A stretch of DNA of 64,000 nucleotides from Arenibacter nanhaiticus (lineage in GTDB: Bacteria > Bacteroidota > Bacteroidia > Flavobacteriales > Flavobacteriaceae), in the NCBI RefSeq assembly GCF_900141935.1, contig NZ_FQYX01000022.1:1-64000 (forward strand). Reading direction: 5' to 3'. The translations under genes and the position numbers were made by a program. Below are positions 18,966 to 30,093 of this stretch, one piece after another (the first letter of the stretch is position 1; each line of letters opens with the position of its first letter). Below the pieces are notes generated by a model. The model ran no database searches, was not told the DNA's origin, and saw only the letters and a list, made by a program, of their open reading frames with translations.

Positions 18966-19601
18966 TTAAATTTTAATAGCGTACACACAGGTAAAGCCCT
19001 CAAATTCCAAGAATTTTATAGTGTATTCACTCGATTTTCCTTTATATAGGATATTTCCTGTGGTTTCTGAGTCATCTGACAAGGAGAAATCTTTAATATC
19101 GATATGGTGTAAAAAACTAAGCCCGTGTTGAGAGTAAATTTTATAGAGCGATTCTTTGGCACCCCAAACAATGGTGAGTTTTCTAATCAAAGCATCGTAA
19201 TTTGCTACGGTCTTATATTCCTCCAAGGGAGTATATTTGCTAGCGATCCGAAGAATTTTTTCGCGTTGCATTTCTATATCTACCCCTACTTCTACATTGT
19301 CCGAAACGATGATGCCTGTAAACTCGTGCGAATGGGTAATAGAGATATACTTGCCGTTGGTAAGGTGTGGTTTCCCCGCTTCGTCATAATATAGGTCATG
19401 GTCTACCAGGCCGACGGTGGCGAATAAATGCCGGATGCTTAAATACCCTTTTCGGTGAATTTCGGACTTCATGGACTTTAAGCGGTTCACGGAGTTTTCG
19501 GTCAAGGCAATGCCTTTCCGAAGTTGGTCTTCGGTTTCTTCAACTTTCCAAATCAGGATCTTAACATGGGATCCTTCTGTTATTGTTTTGTAAAGAGGCA
19601 T
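18966..19601 (-). CDS. 4'-phosphopantetheinyl transferase (Sfp/EntD superfamily)
   Basis: GVDIE and WGAKESLYK motifs. Confidence 0.8.
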   Translation of the reverse strand: MPLYKTITEGSHVKILIWKVEETEDQLRKGIALTENSVNRLKSMKSEIHRKGYLSIRHLFATVGLVDHDLYYDEAGKPHLTNGKYISITHSHEFTGIIVSDNVEVGVDIEMQREKILRIASKYTPLEEYKTVANYDALIRKLTIVWGAKESLYKIYSQHGLSFLHHIDIKDFSLSDDSETTGNILYKGKSSEYTIKFLEFEGFTCVYAIKI

Positions 19602-19771
19602 TACTTTATTTAAGTTATTACTACCTTTGCAATTGCAAAAAAAGCAGTATTAGGTTTCTTAACGAAATTAAAAATAAAAAGGATATGAAATAAGAGAAAG
19701 ATCAAATTTCTTTAGATAGAAATTAGGATTACCTCTTTTTTGTTTCCGATAACATCAATAAAAACAAGCAG

Positions 19772-21088
19772 ATGAGTACAAAAACTATTCCTTATGTACC
19801 CTACAAAGTAAAGGACATTACACTTGCCGATTGGGGAAGAAAAGAGATTGATTTGGCAGAGGCGGAAATGCCTGGTCTAATGTCATTACGAGAAGAATAC
19901 AAAGATGAACAGCCGTTAAAAGGGGCTCGTATTGCAGGTTGTTTGCATATGACCATCCAAACAGCGGTTCTTATAGAAACTTTGGTAGCCTTGGGTGCCG
20001 AGGTAACTTGGAGTTCTTGTAATATATTTTCTACCCAAGACCAAGCGGCAGCCGCTATTGCTGCTGCGGGTATTCCTGTGTATGCCTGGAAGGGGATGAG
20101 TGAAGAGGAATTTGATTGGGCTATTGAGCAAACCCTTTATTTTGGGGAAGACCGCAAGCCCTTGAATATGATCTTAGATGACGGTGGAGATCTTACCAAT
20201 ATGGTCCTTGATAAATACCCTGCCTTGGCAGAAGGTATTAAAGGACTTTCGGAAGAAACCACTACCGGTGTTCACAGATTGTACGAAAGGGTAAAGAAAG
20301 GTACTTTGCCAATGCCGGCGATTAATGTAAACGATTCTGTTACCAAATCTAAATTCGACAACAAATACGGATGTAGGGAAAGTGCCGTGGATGCTATTCG
20401 TAGAGCTACCGATACCATGCTTGCAGGAAAACGTGTGGTTGTTGCCGGATACGGGGACGTAGGTAAAGGAACAGCAGCTTCTTTTAAAGGTGCCGGTTCT
20501 ATTGTTACCGTTACTGAAATAGATCCTATTTGTGCGTTACAAGCGGCAATGGACGGATTTGAGGTAAAGAAAATGGAGACCGTTGTTGGCAATGCCGATA
20601 TCGTGATTACTACTACCGGAAACAAAGATATTATTCAGTCTCAGCACTTTAAGGCGATGAAGGATAAGGTGATCGTTTGTAACATTGGTCATTTTGACAA
20701 TGAAATAGACATGGGATGGTTGAATAAGAACTACGGCTATACCAAGGATGAAATTAAGCCTCAGGTTGATAAATACACTATCGACGGAAAAGACGTTATT
20801 GTTTTGGCCGAAGGTAGATTGGTAAACCTAGGATGTGCTACCGGGCATCCAAGTTTTGTAATGAGTAACTCTTTCACCAACCAAACATTGGCGCAAATTG
20901 AGTTGTGGAACTACAGCGATAAATACAAGAACGATGTATATATGCTTCCTAAGCATTTAGATGAGAAGGTAGCGCAATTGCACCTTGCTCGTTTAGGAGT
21001 AGAATTGGAGACCTTACGTCCGGAACAAGCCGAGTATATCGGGGTTACGGTAGAAGGGCCATTTAAGCCGGACTACTATAGATACTAG
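19772..21088 (+). CDS. ahcY: Adenosylhomocysteinase
   Basis: 438 aa. SAH hydrolase NAD-binding GYGDVGKG motif and a conserved C-terminal ...YRY. Confidence 0.9.
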   Translation: MSTKTIPYVPYKVKDITLADWGRKEIDLAEAEMPGLMSLREEYKDEQPLKGARIAGCLHMTIQTAVLIETLVALGAEVTWSSCNIFSTQDQAAAAIAAAGIPVYAWKGMSEEEFDWAIEQTLYFGEDRKPLNMILDDGGDLTNMVLDKYPALAEGIKGLSEETTTGVHRLYERVKKGTLPMPAINVNDSVTKSKFDNKYGCRESAVDAIRRATDTMLAGKRVVVAGYGDVGKGTAASFKGAGSIVTVTEIDPICALQAAMDGFEVKKMETVVGNADIVITTTGNKDIIQSQHFKAMKDKVIVCNIGHFDNEIDMGWLNKNYGYTKDEIKPQVDKYTIDGKDVIVLAEGRLVNLGCATGHPSFVMSNSFTNQTLAQIELWNYSDKYKNDVYMLPKHLDEKVAQLHLARLGVELETLRPEQAEYIGVTVEGPFKPDYYRY

Positions 21089-21111
21089 ATATAGCGCTCA
21101 GGCGTCTTGGC

Positions 21112-21155
21112 AGAAAATCCCTTATGTTGATTCATAGGGGATTTTCTTATTTTTA
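21112..21155 (+). terminator. Terminator after ahcY
   Basis: AGAAAATCCC...GGGGATTTTCT hairpin followed by TATTTTT. Confidence 0.5.
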
Positions 21156-21237
21156 AAGGATCGCAAAAGAAACGATGGGCAGGCTGTCGTAAAGGAAGGA
21201 GCCCCGTATAATCACTAAACAAAACCTAAGAATTTTA

Positions 21238-22341
21238 ATGAATATAATTTTAACCGGAGCTACAGGTACTTTAGGGTCTAGAGTGCTGTTTTCCCTTTTG
21301 GAAATAAAGTTTGAGCGTATAGAAAAAATATACTTGCCTGTTCGGAACAAGAAACGAGCTACTCCAGAAGAAAGAATATCCAATATGTTCCGCAGTGAGT
21401 ATGCTCCGGAATTTATTAAAAATAATATGGAGGCCGTGCTTCAGAAGGTAGCGGTTATCAATGCAGATCGTCTCTTGGAACCCGAGACATTTTTGGGGGG
21501 CGTGCGGATTGATTATTTTGTGCATTCTGCCGGTTATGTAAATCTTTCTACCCATGCCGCTGCCAAGGAAGAGATTTTTAGGGAAAACCTAGATTTCACC
21601 AAAAGCATTTTTAAGGCCTATGTAGGCCGTATTGCTAAGTTTGTATATATAAGCACTGCATTCGCCATTGGGGATGCTGGCGGGCTTTTAGGGAATAACT
21701 ACGGCCTAAACGACCGTCCTAGGTATCGCAATTTTTATGAGGCCTCTAAACATGCTAGTGAAAGGTTTTTGTTGGAAGAAGGGAAAAAATGCCAGATTCC
21801 GATTCAGATTTTGCGACCAAGTGTATTGGGAGGGAATATTAGTGAAGCGCCCAATTATTTTATTTCAAAATATATGGTCTTCTATCTGTTTGCCAAGTTT
21901 TTCAACGATAGGGATCAAAAAGAAGCTATACGGATCAGTACCGGTATCGGTAGCGGACTAAATATTATCCCGACAGATTATGCCGCCAAGGTAATCGTAA
22001 AAGTGTTGGATCGCGATATTGAGGAATTAAACATTGTTCATTCCCAGGACACCAACCTTATGAGGGGGATGTCTAAAATATTTGATGTAGTAGGGTTTGC
22101 GAACTTTAGTTTTACCCAAGAGCCCATAGAAACTTTAGGTGAATTTAAATCGGCCCTAGAGAAGTTTTATTACCAGACTATTGGAGTGCATTTACATCCG
22201 TACCTTACTTCTAGGCCCAACCAATGGGATACGGAATTGCTAGAGAGTATTTTGCCTATTCCGGATTATAATATAGAAGACTACTTGTCCAAAACCGTAA
22301 GCTTTGCAAAAACCAATAGCTTTAGGAGCCAAAACTGGTAA
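21238..22341 (+). CDS. SDR-type NAD(P)-binding protein (thioester-reductase / NAD_binding_4-like)
   Basis: N-terminal GATGTLGSR Rossmann motif. YEASK catalytic Tyr/Lys. Confidence 0.5.
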   Translation: MNIILTGATGTLGSRVLFSLLEIKFERIEKIYLPVRNKKRATPEERISNMFRSEYAPEFIKNNMEAVLQKVAVINADRLLEPETFLGGVRIDYFVHSAGYVNLSTHAAAKEEIFRENLDFTKSIFKAYVGRIAKFVYISTAFAIGDAGGLLGNNYGLNDRPRYRNFYEASKHASERFLLEEGKKCQIPIQILRPSVLGGNISEAPNYFISKYMVFYLFAKFFNDRDQKEAIRISTGIGSGLNIIPTDYAAKVIVKVLDRDIEELNIVHSQDTNLMRGMSKIFDVVGFANFSFTQEPIETLGEFKSALEKFYYQTIGVHLHPYLTSRPNQWDTELLESILPIPDYNIEDYLSKTVSFAKTNSFRSQNW

Positions 22342-22405
22342 TGATTATGGTAGGTGGGCAATAGGGTGTTTACAGATATTCTATTGCCCGGCCGTACCAC
22401 TTTTA

Positions 22406-22990
22406 TTAATACCCTAAGGCCTGCATTCCGGCAGCTGTATAGCAGTCCGAATGTTCTTTTAAAAGGGCGAGTCCTTCTTCCTTGCTATGCATTGGGTTTA
22501 TTTTAATTGTTTCCCCATCTGGGGTATAGACAAAATAAAAACCTTCCTTAAAGGACGAAAGTTTAATTATTTCCCCATTGGGTTTTATGGCGTTCCAAGA
22601 CTTTTGGTGCGGTCTGTAGAGAAGATCTACTTTTTGGCCTTTTTTAGGGCCGTCAAGCACGTTGATTTCCAATCTGTTCTTAGTGGCCACCATTTTAATG
22701 GTGTTGCCGTCTTGTTCTACGATCTGCTCTTCGGAATCCCCGTCTTCCATGGCGATAGGGTTAGACCCAGACCAGAATTCGATGACGTTAAAGATCACGG
22801 CATCGCCAACAAAGAAAAGACCGTACACCGGAACAATGTTCAGTCCCCAGAAAATTAAGTTGTTTACGAACTTACTTTCGGATACGTTCTGGTTCCACTC
22901 CTTCAGATTGTTAAAAGCCCCAAAAGATCCCAGGCAGCTGGAAAACAGTAGGGACATACACAAAAAGCTACAAATAAATAATTTTTTCAT
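22406..22990 (-). CDS. Hypothetical lipoprotein
   Basis: Signal peptide with lipobox-like SSC. No recognisable catalytic motif. Confidence 0.35.
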   Translation of the reverse strand: MKKLFICSFLCMSLLFSSCLGSFGAFNNLKEWNQNVSESKFVNNLIFWGLNIVPVYGLFFVGDAVIFNVIEFWSGSNPIAMEDGDSEEQIVEQDGNTIKMVATKNRLEINVLDGPKKGQKVDLLYRPHQKSWNAIKPNGEIIKLSSFKEGFYFVYTPDGETIKINPMHSKEEGLALLKEHSDCYTAAGMQALGY

Positions 22991-23119
22991 AATACAATGG
23001 AATTAATGGTTCTTTCTAAAATTACAAAATTTAGGGCTAGGAGGTATTCCTTTGGATGCGTAAGGGTAGTCAATGGCTTTTTTTTCTCACTAAAAGGGTA
23101 TATGGGTAATTTTTGGGCA

Positions 23120-23156
23120 TAAAAAAACCCTTTCTGGATACAGAAAGGGTTTTTAT
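23120..23156. terminator. Bidirectional terminator 3' of rpmA
   Basis: AACCCTTTCTG-GATA-CAGAAAGGGTT flanked by an A7 run and a T run. Confidence 0.55.
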
Positions 23157-23175
23157 ATTTTAAAGAATGTGCTTA

Positions 23176-23436
23176 TTAAGCTTCAAATGGCTCAATGGAA
23201 ACATAAGATTTTCCTCCAGCTTTCTTTTGGAACTTCACAAGACCATCAACTTTAGCGTGTAAAGTGTGATCTTTTCCAGCGTAAACATTTTCACCTGGAT
23301 TGTGTTTTGTACCACGTTGTCTTACGATGATATTTCCAGCAATAGCAGCTTGACCACCAAAAATCTTAACGCCTAAACGTTTCGATTCTGATTCTCTACC
23401 GTTCTTGGAACTACCAACACCTTTTTTGTGTGCCAT
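23176..23436 (-). CDS. rpmA: 50S ribosomal protein L27
   Basis: [24 protein letters not shown]. Confidence 0.9.
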   Translation of the reverse strand: MAHKKGVGSSKNGRESESKRLGVKIFGGQAAIAGNIIVRQRGTKHNPGENVYAGKDHTLHAKVDGLVKFQKKAGGKSYVSIEPFEA

Positions 23437-23457
23437 GATATATTATTTTAATTCTAG

Positions 23458-23937
23458 TTATTTACTTAAAGCGGCAATTAATTCTGCTTTCTTCATTGAA
23501 GAATACCCTTCAACACCTTTAGCTTTAGCCATCTCTCTTAGCTCAGCAACCGTATTATCGCTTAAATCGTTAGAAGCTTTAGCTTCTTCTTTTTTAGCGG
23601 CAGGTTTGGCCTCTTTTTTAGCTCCTGAAGCACTGATGCTTTCAATTACTAATTCAGTCAAATACTGACGGTGACCGTTTTTCTTTTTGTAACCTTTACG
23701 TCTTTTCTTTTTAAAGACAATTACTTTTTCACCTTTAAGGTGTTTAATGACTTTGGCCTCAACAGTGGCTCCGTCTATAGCGGGGGCGCCTACAGTAATG
23801 TTACTACCATCTTCCAACAAAAGAACGTTATCAAAAGTAACATTGCTACCTTCTTCGTTTTGTAAACGGTGAACATACACTTTTTGGTCTTTCGCAACTT
23901 TAAATTGCTGCCCTGCTATCTCTACAATTGCGTACAT
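23458..23937 (-). CDS. rplU: 50S ribosomal protein L21 with a Lys/Ala-rich linker and a Rho_N/SAP-like C-terminal extension
   Basis: L21 core over residues 1-105, then AKKEEAKAS...ELREMAKAKGVEGYSSMKKAELIAAL. Confidence 0.85.
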   Translation of the reverse strand: MYAIVEIAGQQFKVAKDQKVYVHRLQNEEGSNVTFDNVLLLEDGSNITVGAPAIDGATVEAKVIKHLKGEKVIVFKKKRRKGYKKKNGHRQYLTELVIESISASGAKKEAKPAAKKEEAKASNDLSDNTVAELREMAKAKGVEGYSSMKKAELIAALSK

Positions 23938-24039
23938 AGCTTGTGTGTTTAATATAAGTTAAATGAACATGCCTAATTTTACATAGGCGGCTGCAAATAT
24001 ACTTCTAAATCCTTAAACCACAAGCGATTTTTAAGAATT

Positions 24040-24495
24040 TTAAGCCGATTTTTGGTTTAGATTCTTGGAAGTCTTAAATAACTGCATAAAAGCGAGGGTT
24101 AAAACCAAAGTTGTAGCAAAGCCCATGGTAGCCACGGTGAAAAATATACTGCCTTCTAAAGTGTCGTAATCCGAAAACCAGACTCTTGATAATTCCTTTA
24201 AAAATTGGGTGTTTATTTCGGTGGAATAAAAAGCGAAGAAAAACGTGAAAATTATCGTGGCGATGGCCCCGGTGACAATACCAGCAGTAAACCCAATCCC
24301 GTAATTAAAAGCTACTCCTTTTTTTATCCTGAAATATTTAATGGATTCGTAAATGCCAAAACCAGTGATAACGCCATTGAAAAGACTATATAATACGTTG
24401 GTATGCAGTCCAAAGAGCGATAAAAGTAAGAAATAAGCAATTAGGGAGCCGCTAGTGGCAATGCCAAACCTAATTGGGAGTGCAAATTCTTTCAT
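24040..24495 (-). CDS. DUF4199 family membrane protein
   Basis: Four TM segments. Bacteroidetes-specific pattern. Confidence 0.5.
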   Translation of the reverse strand: MKEFALPIRFGIATSGSLIAYFLLLSLFGLHTNVLYSLFNGVITGFGIYESIKYFRIKKGVAFNYGIGFTAGIVTGAIATIIFTFFFAFYSTEINTQFLKELSRVWFSDYDTLEGSIFFTVATMGFATTLVLTLAFMQLFKTSKNLNQKSA

Positions 24496-24873
24496 ATTTT
24501 TAAAGTTTTAGGTTATGGATGCATTTAAATTACATTTTTTTTATGATTTATTTGTATAAATTAACAAGAAATAAAAGTTGTCGGGCAATTTTTATTAATA
24601 TGACTGCTTTTAAGCGATTTATGATCCGGTGGTCGATAAAAATGGACTGTTAAAAGTAGGGAGGGATATCATGCTTCTTGTACCTCATTAAAGTGGCTCC
24701 TATTGTAAAGGCATTTTTTTTTTTGTTACTTCCGCTCCTTACCGGAAATTTTATTTTTCAATTATTTTAAAAGAGAAGCTATGGGGTGATGATATTAACT
24801 TAGGCAGGATTGATTATCTTTTTTAGGTAATCAGAGTAGTGTCTATCTAATTATTGATTCGTCAACTAAATTT

Positions 24874-24910
24874 AATAAAAAAGAGACTGCCTTATAAGAC
24901 AGCCTCTTTC
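24874..24910 (-). terminator. Terminator 3' of susD-like gene
   Basis: Imperfect hairpin GAGGCTGTC...GGCAGTCTC followed by a T7 run on the minus strand. Confidence 0.45.
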
Positions 24911-24935
24911 CTAATTAACTAAACCAATTTAACTT

Positions 24936-26459
24936 TTAATAGCCCTTGTTCTGTGTTAGATTAGGGTTTAACTCAATTTCTCGTTGTGGTATGGGGAATA
25001 AGTACCTGGCCGGAAATGCAGAAGTGAACTCTTGGAATTCTCCACTGGTATAAATATCAAAAGTTAAGGGTATTTCTTTACGAAGCACATCAAACCATCT
25101 CTTCATTTCATATCCAAATTCCCAATAGCGTTCCTCAATAACAATTTTATCAAAATCCGACGTAGAAAGGGACATTGGAGGAATAGTAGCTGTTTCACCT
25201 CTTCCTCTTACCCTTACACTATTAAGCAATTCATAGGATAGATTGTTGGCGCCATTATCTGCCAAATTCTGAGCTTCGGCATATATAAGCAAGACTTCTG
25301 CATATCTGAACATTACCAAATTTTGATCCGATTGATTACCTTCTGGACCTTCAGTACCGTAGGTGTACTTTTTTATAAAACCAGTATCTAGGGCATCTTT
25401 TAGAAAATATTTCCGTTCATCAGTCTCACCTATCTTATTGGCATTTCTGTAAGCCTGGTTGGAATAATTGCCGTTTCCGTCGGTTTCATTCAAAAAATCA
25501 TCAATGACCGGATCAGTGTTCATATAAAAAGTAACCTCCTTTCTAGGGCCATCGGGGAATTCATCCATATATCTTCTATAAGCCCTAGAGCCAGGGTTGG
25601 TAATGCCATTTCGCACCGAGGTATTGCCAAACAATGGGTTACTATAAGCCGCACCCGCATTGGTAGAATAAATAAATTGAAAGAGAATGCTGCTGCTAGC
25701 ATCTTGTTTGGAAGCTATAAAATTATCGACATAGGCTCCTAGTTGGAACGCTTCCGAATCAATGATTTCCTTGGCCTTCGATGCTGCTTTGGCATAATTC
25801 TCCGATAATTTCAACGGGGCGCCGGCCATGGTCAAATACACTTTTGCCAGATATGCCTTCGCAGCCCAGACTGTTGGCTCCCCTGGAAGGTTTGAGGTAC
25901 CCAACAAGGATTCTGCAAGCTGAAAATCTGCAATGATCTGGGCATAAACGTCCACCGAGGCCATCCTAGGATCGGTAACACCAACATTATCTAAGGAGGA
26001 AGACCCGGAAAGGATCAAGGGAACGTCCCCATAAAAACGAACCAGGTTAAAATATGCAAAAGCCCTTAAAAAATAAGATTTACCCAAGATTTTATCGCGT
26101 TGGGCTTCGCTGGCATTTTTTGCCAAGGTTATGTTTTCAATAACACTGTTCAAATTGTTAATAGCCCTATAAGAATCGGACCAAAAACCTTCAAAATCAG
26201 CTGGTGTGAAACTGTAGGTATCTATTGTTGGATTGGATTCTATGGCTTTACTACCACTTGTAAGTCCATAATAGTTAATACTCTGCAATATCCTTGTTGC
26301 CCCGTTTACCAAGTTTTCAAAGTTTTCTATATTTTGAAATGTATTGGATGCCGATTCAAAACTAAAAGGTTCTTCTTCCAATTTCTCACAGGAAACTGTC
26401 AATAAGCCAAGTAGCAGTATTACAACAATGCTGGTATAATTTCTATTTAAATATTTCAT
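24936..26459 (-). CDS. SusD/RagB family nutrient-binding outer-membrane lipoprotein
   Basis: Lipoprotein signal LLTVSC. SusD-like TPR-containing architecture. Immediately downstream of SusC. Confidence 0.85.
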   Translation of the reverse strand: MKYLNRNYTSIVVILLLGLLTVSCEKLEEEPFSFESASNTFQNIENFENLVNGATRILQSINYYGLTSGSKAIESNPTIDTYSFTPADFEGFWSDSYRAINNLNSVIENITLAKNASEAQRDKILGKSYFLRAFAYFNLVRFYGDVPLILSGSSSLDNVGVTDPRMASVDVYAQIIADFQLAESLLGTSNLPGEPTVWAAKAYLAKVYLTMAGAPLKLSENYAKAASKAKEIIDSEAFQLGAYVDNFIASKQDASSSILFQFIYSTNAGAAYSNPLFGNTSVRNGITNPGSRAYRRYMDEFPDGPRKEVTFYMNTDPVIDDFLNETDGNGNYSNQAYRNANKIGETDERKYFLKDALDTGFIKKYTYGTEGPEGNQSDQNLVMFRYAEVLLIYAEAQNLADNGANNLSYELLNSVRVRGRGETATIPPMSLSTSDFDKIVIEERYWEFGYEMKRWFDVLRKEIPLTFDIYTSGEFQEFTSAFPARYLFPIPQREIELNPNLTQNKGY

Positions 26460-26477
26460 GATTTTTATTTTATTCGT

Positions 26478-29400
26478 TTAAAAGTCAACTTTAACACCTA
26501 GGGTAAAAGTTCTGGCTTTGGGGTAACCATCCAACTCATAGCCTTTCACACTGTCATTTTCGCTGGCGGCCAGCTCCGGATCATATCCGGTATAGTCCGT
26601 CCATAGCTTTAGGTTTTGACCACTTAGGAAAAATTTTAAGCCATTCACCCCAATTTTGGAGGCAATTACATCACTGAATTGGTATCCAAGGGTTACATTA
26701 CTAAGCCGTATGTACGATCCGTCTTCAACGAATATATCCGATTGCCACGCATCCTTTCTAGTGAATATTTTCGTTGCATTTTGCCTTGCCGCTGTTTGGT
26801 TGATGGTTCCGGTATAGTCCACACGGGAATAGTATCCGTCCGGCTGGTTTATAGGGTGCCATCTTTCCTTCCCCCTGTACCCTGTGGCACCAACATCTTC
26901 CATATCAAAACGTCCCATAGCTCCGGCATTGAAAATTTCACTTCCATGAGACCCTTGGAACTGTACGTTTAAACTAAGCCCTTTATAAGTGGCAGCGGTA
27001 TTAAATCCCCAGCTTACATCTGGATTGGCAGACCCCAGAAATACCTTATCCTGCTCATCATAAACCCCATCGTTATTCTGATCTACAATTTTAGCCGTAC
27101 CCGGAATTTGGCCATAACCATAGGCCTCATCCACCTCATCCAATTGCCATACCCCAAGATATTCATAACCGTAAATAGACCCAAGAGGTTGTCCCTTTAA
27201 AAGGTACATAACACTATTTAACGGAATTCTTTCCTCCTCGGGAGTACTAAGCTCCAAAACTTTGTTCTTATTAAAGGTTAAATTTACCCCAGCCGTCCAA
27301 TTGAAGTTGTCTCCAGTAATCAGGGTACCATCCAACAGGAATTCAAAGCCTTTGTTCTCTACTTCTCCTACGTTTTGCAAAACCGAACTAAACCCTGACT
27401 GGGAAGCCAAAGTACGGGATGACAACAGGTCACTGGTTCTTTTATGGTAATAATCCGCCGTTAGGTTTAATCTATAGTTGAAAAGGGACATGTCTAAACC
27501 AATGTCTGCCTGTGCCGTTTTTTCCCATTTCAAATCCGGGTTGGCAATTTTTTCAAAGGCACTACCTAGTGATAGGGAGCTACCATTGGTTGGGTAGTCT
27601 AGTCCAGTGCCTCCTGTAGAAATTTGGGTCAGGGATTGGTAAGGGGTTATCGCCTGGTTACCAGTTACCCCATAGGAAACTCTAAATTTTAAATTACTGA
27701 TATTGGCATTATCCTGCAGGAATTTCTCATTGGACAGTTTCCAGGCCAAAGCACCGGAAGGGAAAACTCCCCATTTGTTATTGTCCCCGAAAACCGAAGA
27801 ACCATCGGACCTTATGGAACCCGTTAATAAAAATCGATCATCATAGCCGTAGTTGATACGCCCCATATAGGACAAAATGACCCTTTTTTCCTTAAAAGAC
27901 GATTTTGCCGTTACTATTTCCCCGGCCTGAATGGCATTAAATCCTGTTGTATTATTACTGAAGCCCTGTACAGCTAGGGATGATCCGGTAGTTGTTGTAT
28001 ACTGCTGTTCAAACAGACCGGTTACCCCCAGTGAATGTTTATTAAATTCCCTATTAAAAGTAAGAATATTTGAATTCTGCCATGAATTTTCCTCAGAATT
28101 GCTTGTATAGGCCGTTCTTTCTCCATCGCGTGTACTGCTTCCATTGATCAATTCATTAAAAAATTGTCGATTATTACTGCTGCTCAATATAGCTCCCCCC
28201 GATACTTTAAGATGTAGCCCCTCCGCTATCTTGTAATCCAAATATGAAGAAAGCGTATTCCTTGTGGTTAAAATTTCGCGTTCTGGCTCCAAGGCTGCGG
28301 CAACTGGATTTATCAGTCCTCCTCCATTGGGAGAAGAATCGCCAAACCCTCCAAAACTACCTCGGTGATTGAAATATCGTCCTACAAGAGCCTCATCAAA
28401 TGGGTATTTGGGATCATCGTAGGTTTCTGGATACTTGACCCCGAGCCCTACTGGCAGAGCATATAATGCCGCGGAAACCACTCCAAGGCTACCTCTACTA
28501 CCTTCCCCTACCGGCTTGTCATTCTCCCTGACCAACAATGCCGTAGCACCAATTTTTAGTCGATCATTTGCCTGTGCCTTGATACTCGAGCTTAAATTGA
28601 ATTTCTCATAATCCGAATTAATGACCAAACCTTCTTGGTTTAGATAATTTGCATCAATGCTATAGGTAACTTCTTCACTGCCTCCCCTTACACCAAGATT
28701 GTAATTTTCCATTTGGGCAGACCTAAAGATTTCGTCTTGCCAATCTATGGCCAAGGTTCCTTTCCTAGCATCCTCAATGGCACCCGGATGATAATATAAC
28801 CATGTCATACTCCTGTTTCCAGTTTCATCAGGAGTTAATATTTCCTCTGTGGTCGGATAGTTGAAATCTGTTAAATCATTGGTTTGTTGGGAGTATTTTG
28901 CATACCGTCTTCTATTGTTGGCCGATGTTGTATATCCTACGGCGTCTAAAACCTGTACTTTATTAGGAACTTCCTGAATTCTAATAAAATGGTCAAAAGT
29001 AATCTGGGTTTTTCCTGCGCGTCCTTTTTTGGTCGTCACCAGGATTACCCCATTGGCCCCTCTAGACCCATAAATGGCAGTGGCAGAGGCATCTTTCAAT
29101 ACTTGTATGGATTCAATATTATTAGGGTTGATCGTATTGAAATCTGCACCAATAAGGTCATCCACCACCACCAAGGGAGCATTGTTACCGTTAATAGAAT
29201 TAGCTCCACGAACCCTTATTACCTGGTTCCCGCCAGGTTTCCCCGAGGGAGTGCCGACATTTACACCGGCAATCCTACCCTGTAATATTTCCGAGGCCTG
29301 TGTTACCGGCTGTTCCTCAAATACCTTAGAGGATATTGAGGCTACAGATCCAGTTAAATCCCCTTTTTTGACTGATCCATAACCTACCAAGACCACCTCT

Positions 29401-29705
29401 TCCAGGGTATTTGCATCTTCGGTCATGGTTATATCAATTTGGTTTGAACTCCCTACCGTTACGGTCATGGTCTTCATACCCAAATACGAAAAATTTATAA
29501 CAGATCCTTTTCTGGCCATCAGTTTATAATTCCCATCAAAATCAGTTTGGGTCCCATTGGTTGTTCCCTCCAACAAAACATTCACTCCTGCTAAAGGAAT
29601 TCCCTGTTCGTCTACAACCGTACCCATAATTTGAACTTCTTGGGAAAAAAGCCCTAAGCCAGAAAGCATGAAGAACATCAGCAATAATTTCATCTTTTTT
29701 TTCAT
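26478..29705 (-). CDS. SusC/RagA family TonB-linked outer-membrane transporter
   Basis: N-terminal carboxypeptidase-regulatory-like domain. Plug and a 22-strand barrel. C-terminal F. 1075 aa. Confidence 0.9.
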   Translation of the reverse strand: MKKKMKLLLMFFMLSGLGLFSQEVQIMGTVVDEQGIPLAGVNVLLEGTTNGTQTDFDGNYKLMARKGSVINFSYLGMKTMTVTVGSSNQIDITMTEDANTLEEVVLVGYGSVKKGDLTGSVASISSKVFEEQPVTQASEILQGRIAGVNVGTPSGKPGGNQVIRVRGANSINGNNAPLVVVDDLIGADFNTINPNNIESIQVLKDASATAIYGSRGANGVILVTTKKGRAGKTQITFDHFIRIQEVPNKVQVLDAVGYTTSANNRRRYAKYSQQTNDLTDFNYPTTEEILTPDETGNRSMTWLYYHPGAIEDARKGTLAIDWQDEIFRSAQMENYNLGVRGGSEEVTYSIDANYLNQEGLVINSDYEKFNLSSSIKAQANDRLKIGATALLVRENDKPVGEGSRGSLGVVSAALYALPVGLGVKYPETYDDPKYPFDEALVGRYFNHRGSFGGFGDSSPNGGGLINPVAAALEPEREILTTRNTLSSYLDYKIAEGLHLKVSGGAILSSSNNRQFFNELINGSSTRDGERTAYTSNSEENSWQNSNILTFNREFNKHSLGVTGLFEQQYTTTTGSSLAVQGFSNNTTGFNAIQAGEIVTAKSSFKEKRVILSYMGRINYGYDDRFLLTGSIRSDGSSVFGDNNKWGVFPSGALAWKLSNEKFLQDNANISNLKFRVSYGVTGNQAITPYQSLTQISTGGTGLDYPTNGSSLSLGSAFEKIANPDLKWEKTAQADIGLDMSLFNYRLNLTADYYHKRTSDLLSSRTLASQSGFSSVLQNVGEVENKGFEFLLDGTLITGDNFNWTAGVNLTFNKNKVLELSTPEEERIPLNSVMYLLKGQPLGSIYGYEYLGVWQLDEVDEAYGYGQIPGTAKIVDQNNDGVYDEQDKVFLGSANPDVSWGFNTAATYKGLSLNVQFQGSHGSEIFNAGAMGRFDMEDVGATGYRGKERWHPINQPDGYYSRVDYTGTINQTAARQNATKIFTRKDAWQSDIFVEDGSYIRLSNVTLGYQFSDVIASKIGVNGLKFFLSGQNLKLWTDYTGYDPELAASENDSVKGYELDGYPKARTFTLGVKVDF

Positions 29706-30093
29706 TTTACTAATTTTAGTTATTGAATATATAGTAGCAATAAGATCATGCTGACAATGGCTATTGACATTATGATCAGTTTAATAATTAGAACTTTTTT
29801 TACTTTGAACATTTTCATCGTAGTAAAAATAGCCCACATTAAAAGCAATGGATTCAACGGATGTAGCTAATGATGCAACAAATGTAGTTTTTACAAAAAC
29901 ACCTTATGTGCGTTCGTATATATCTTGTATACAGTGTTTTAGTCAAGATATGCGTGTGTGAAGAATTTTTATCAACAATGAACACCTGTGGTTTTTATTC
30001 CAATGGGTTATTTTGTTAACAAAAGAATAGGGAACCTTGTATTGATCGGTAATGGGGGTTCATAAAAAATATCGAGAGAATGGAACATGGCAA

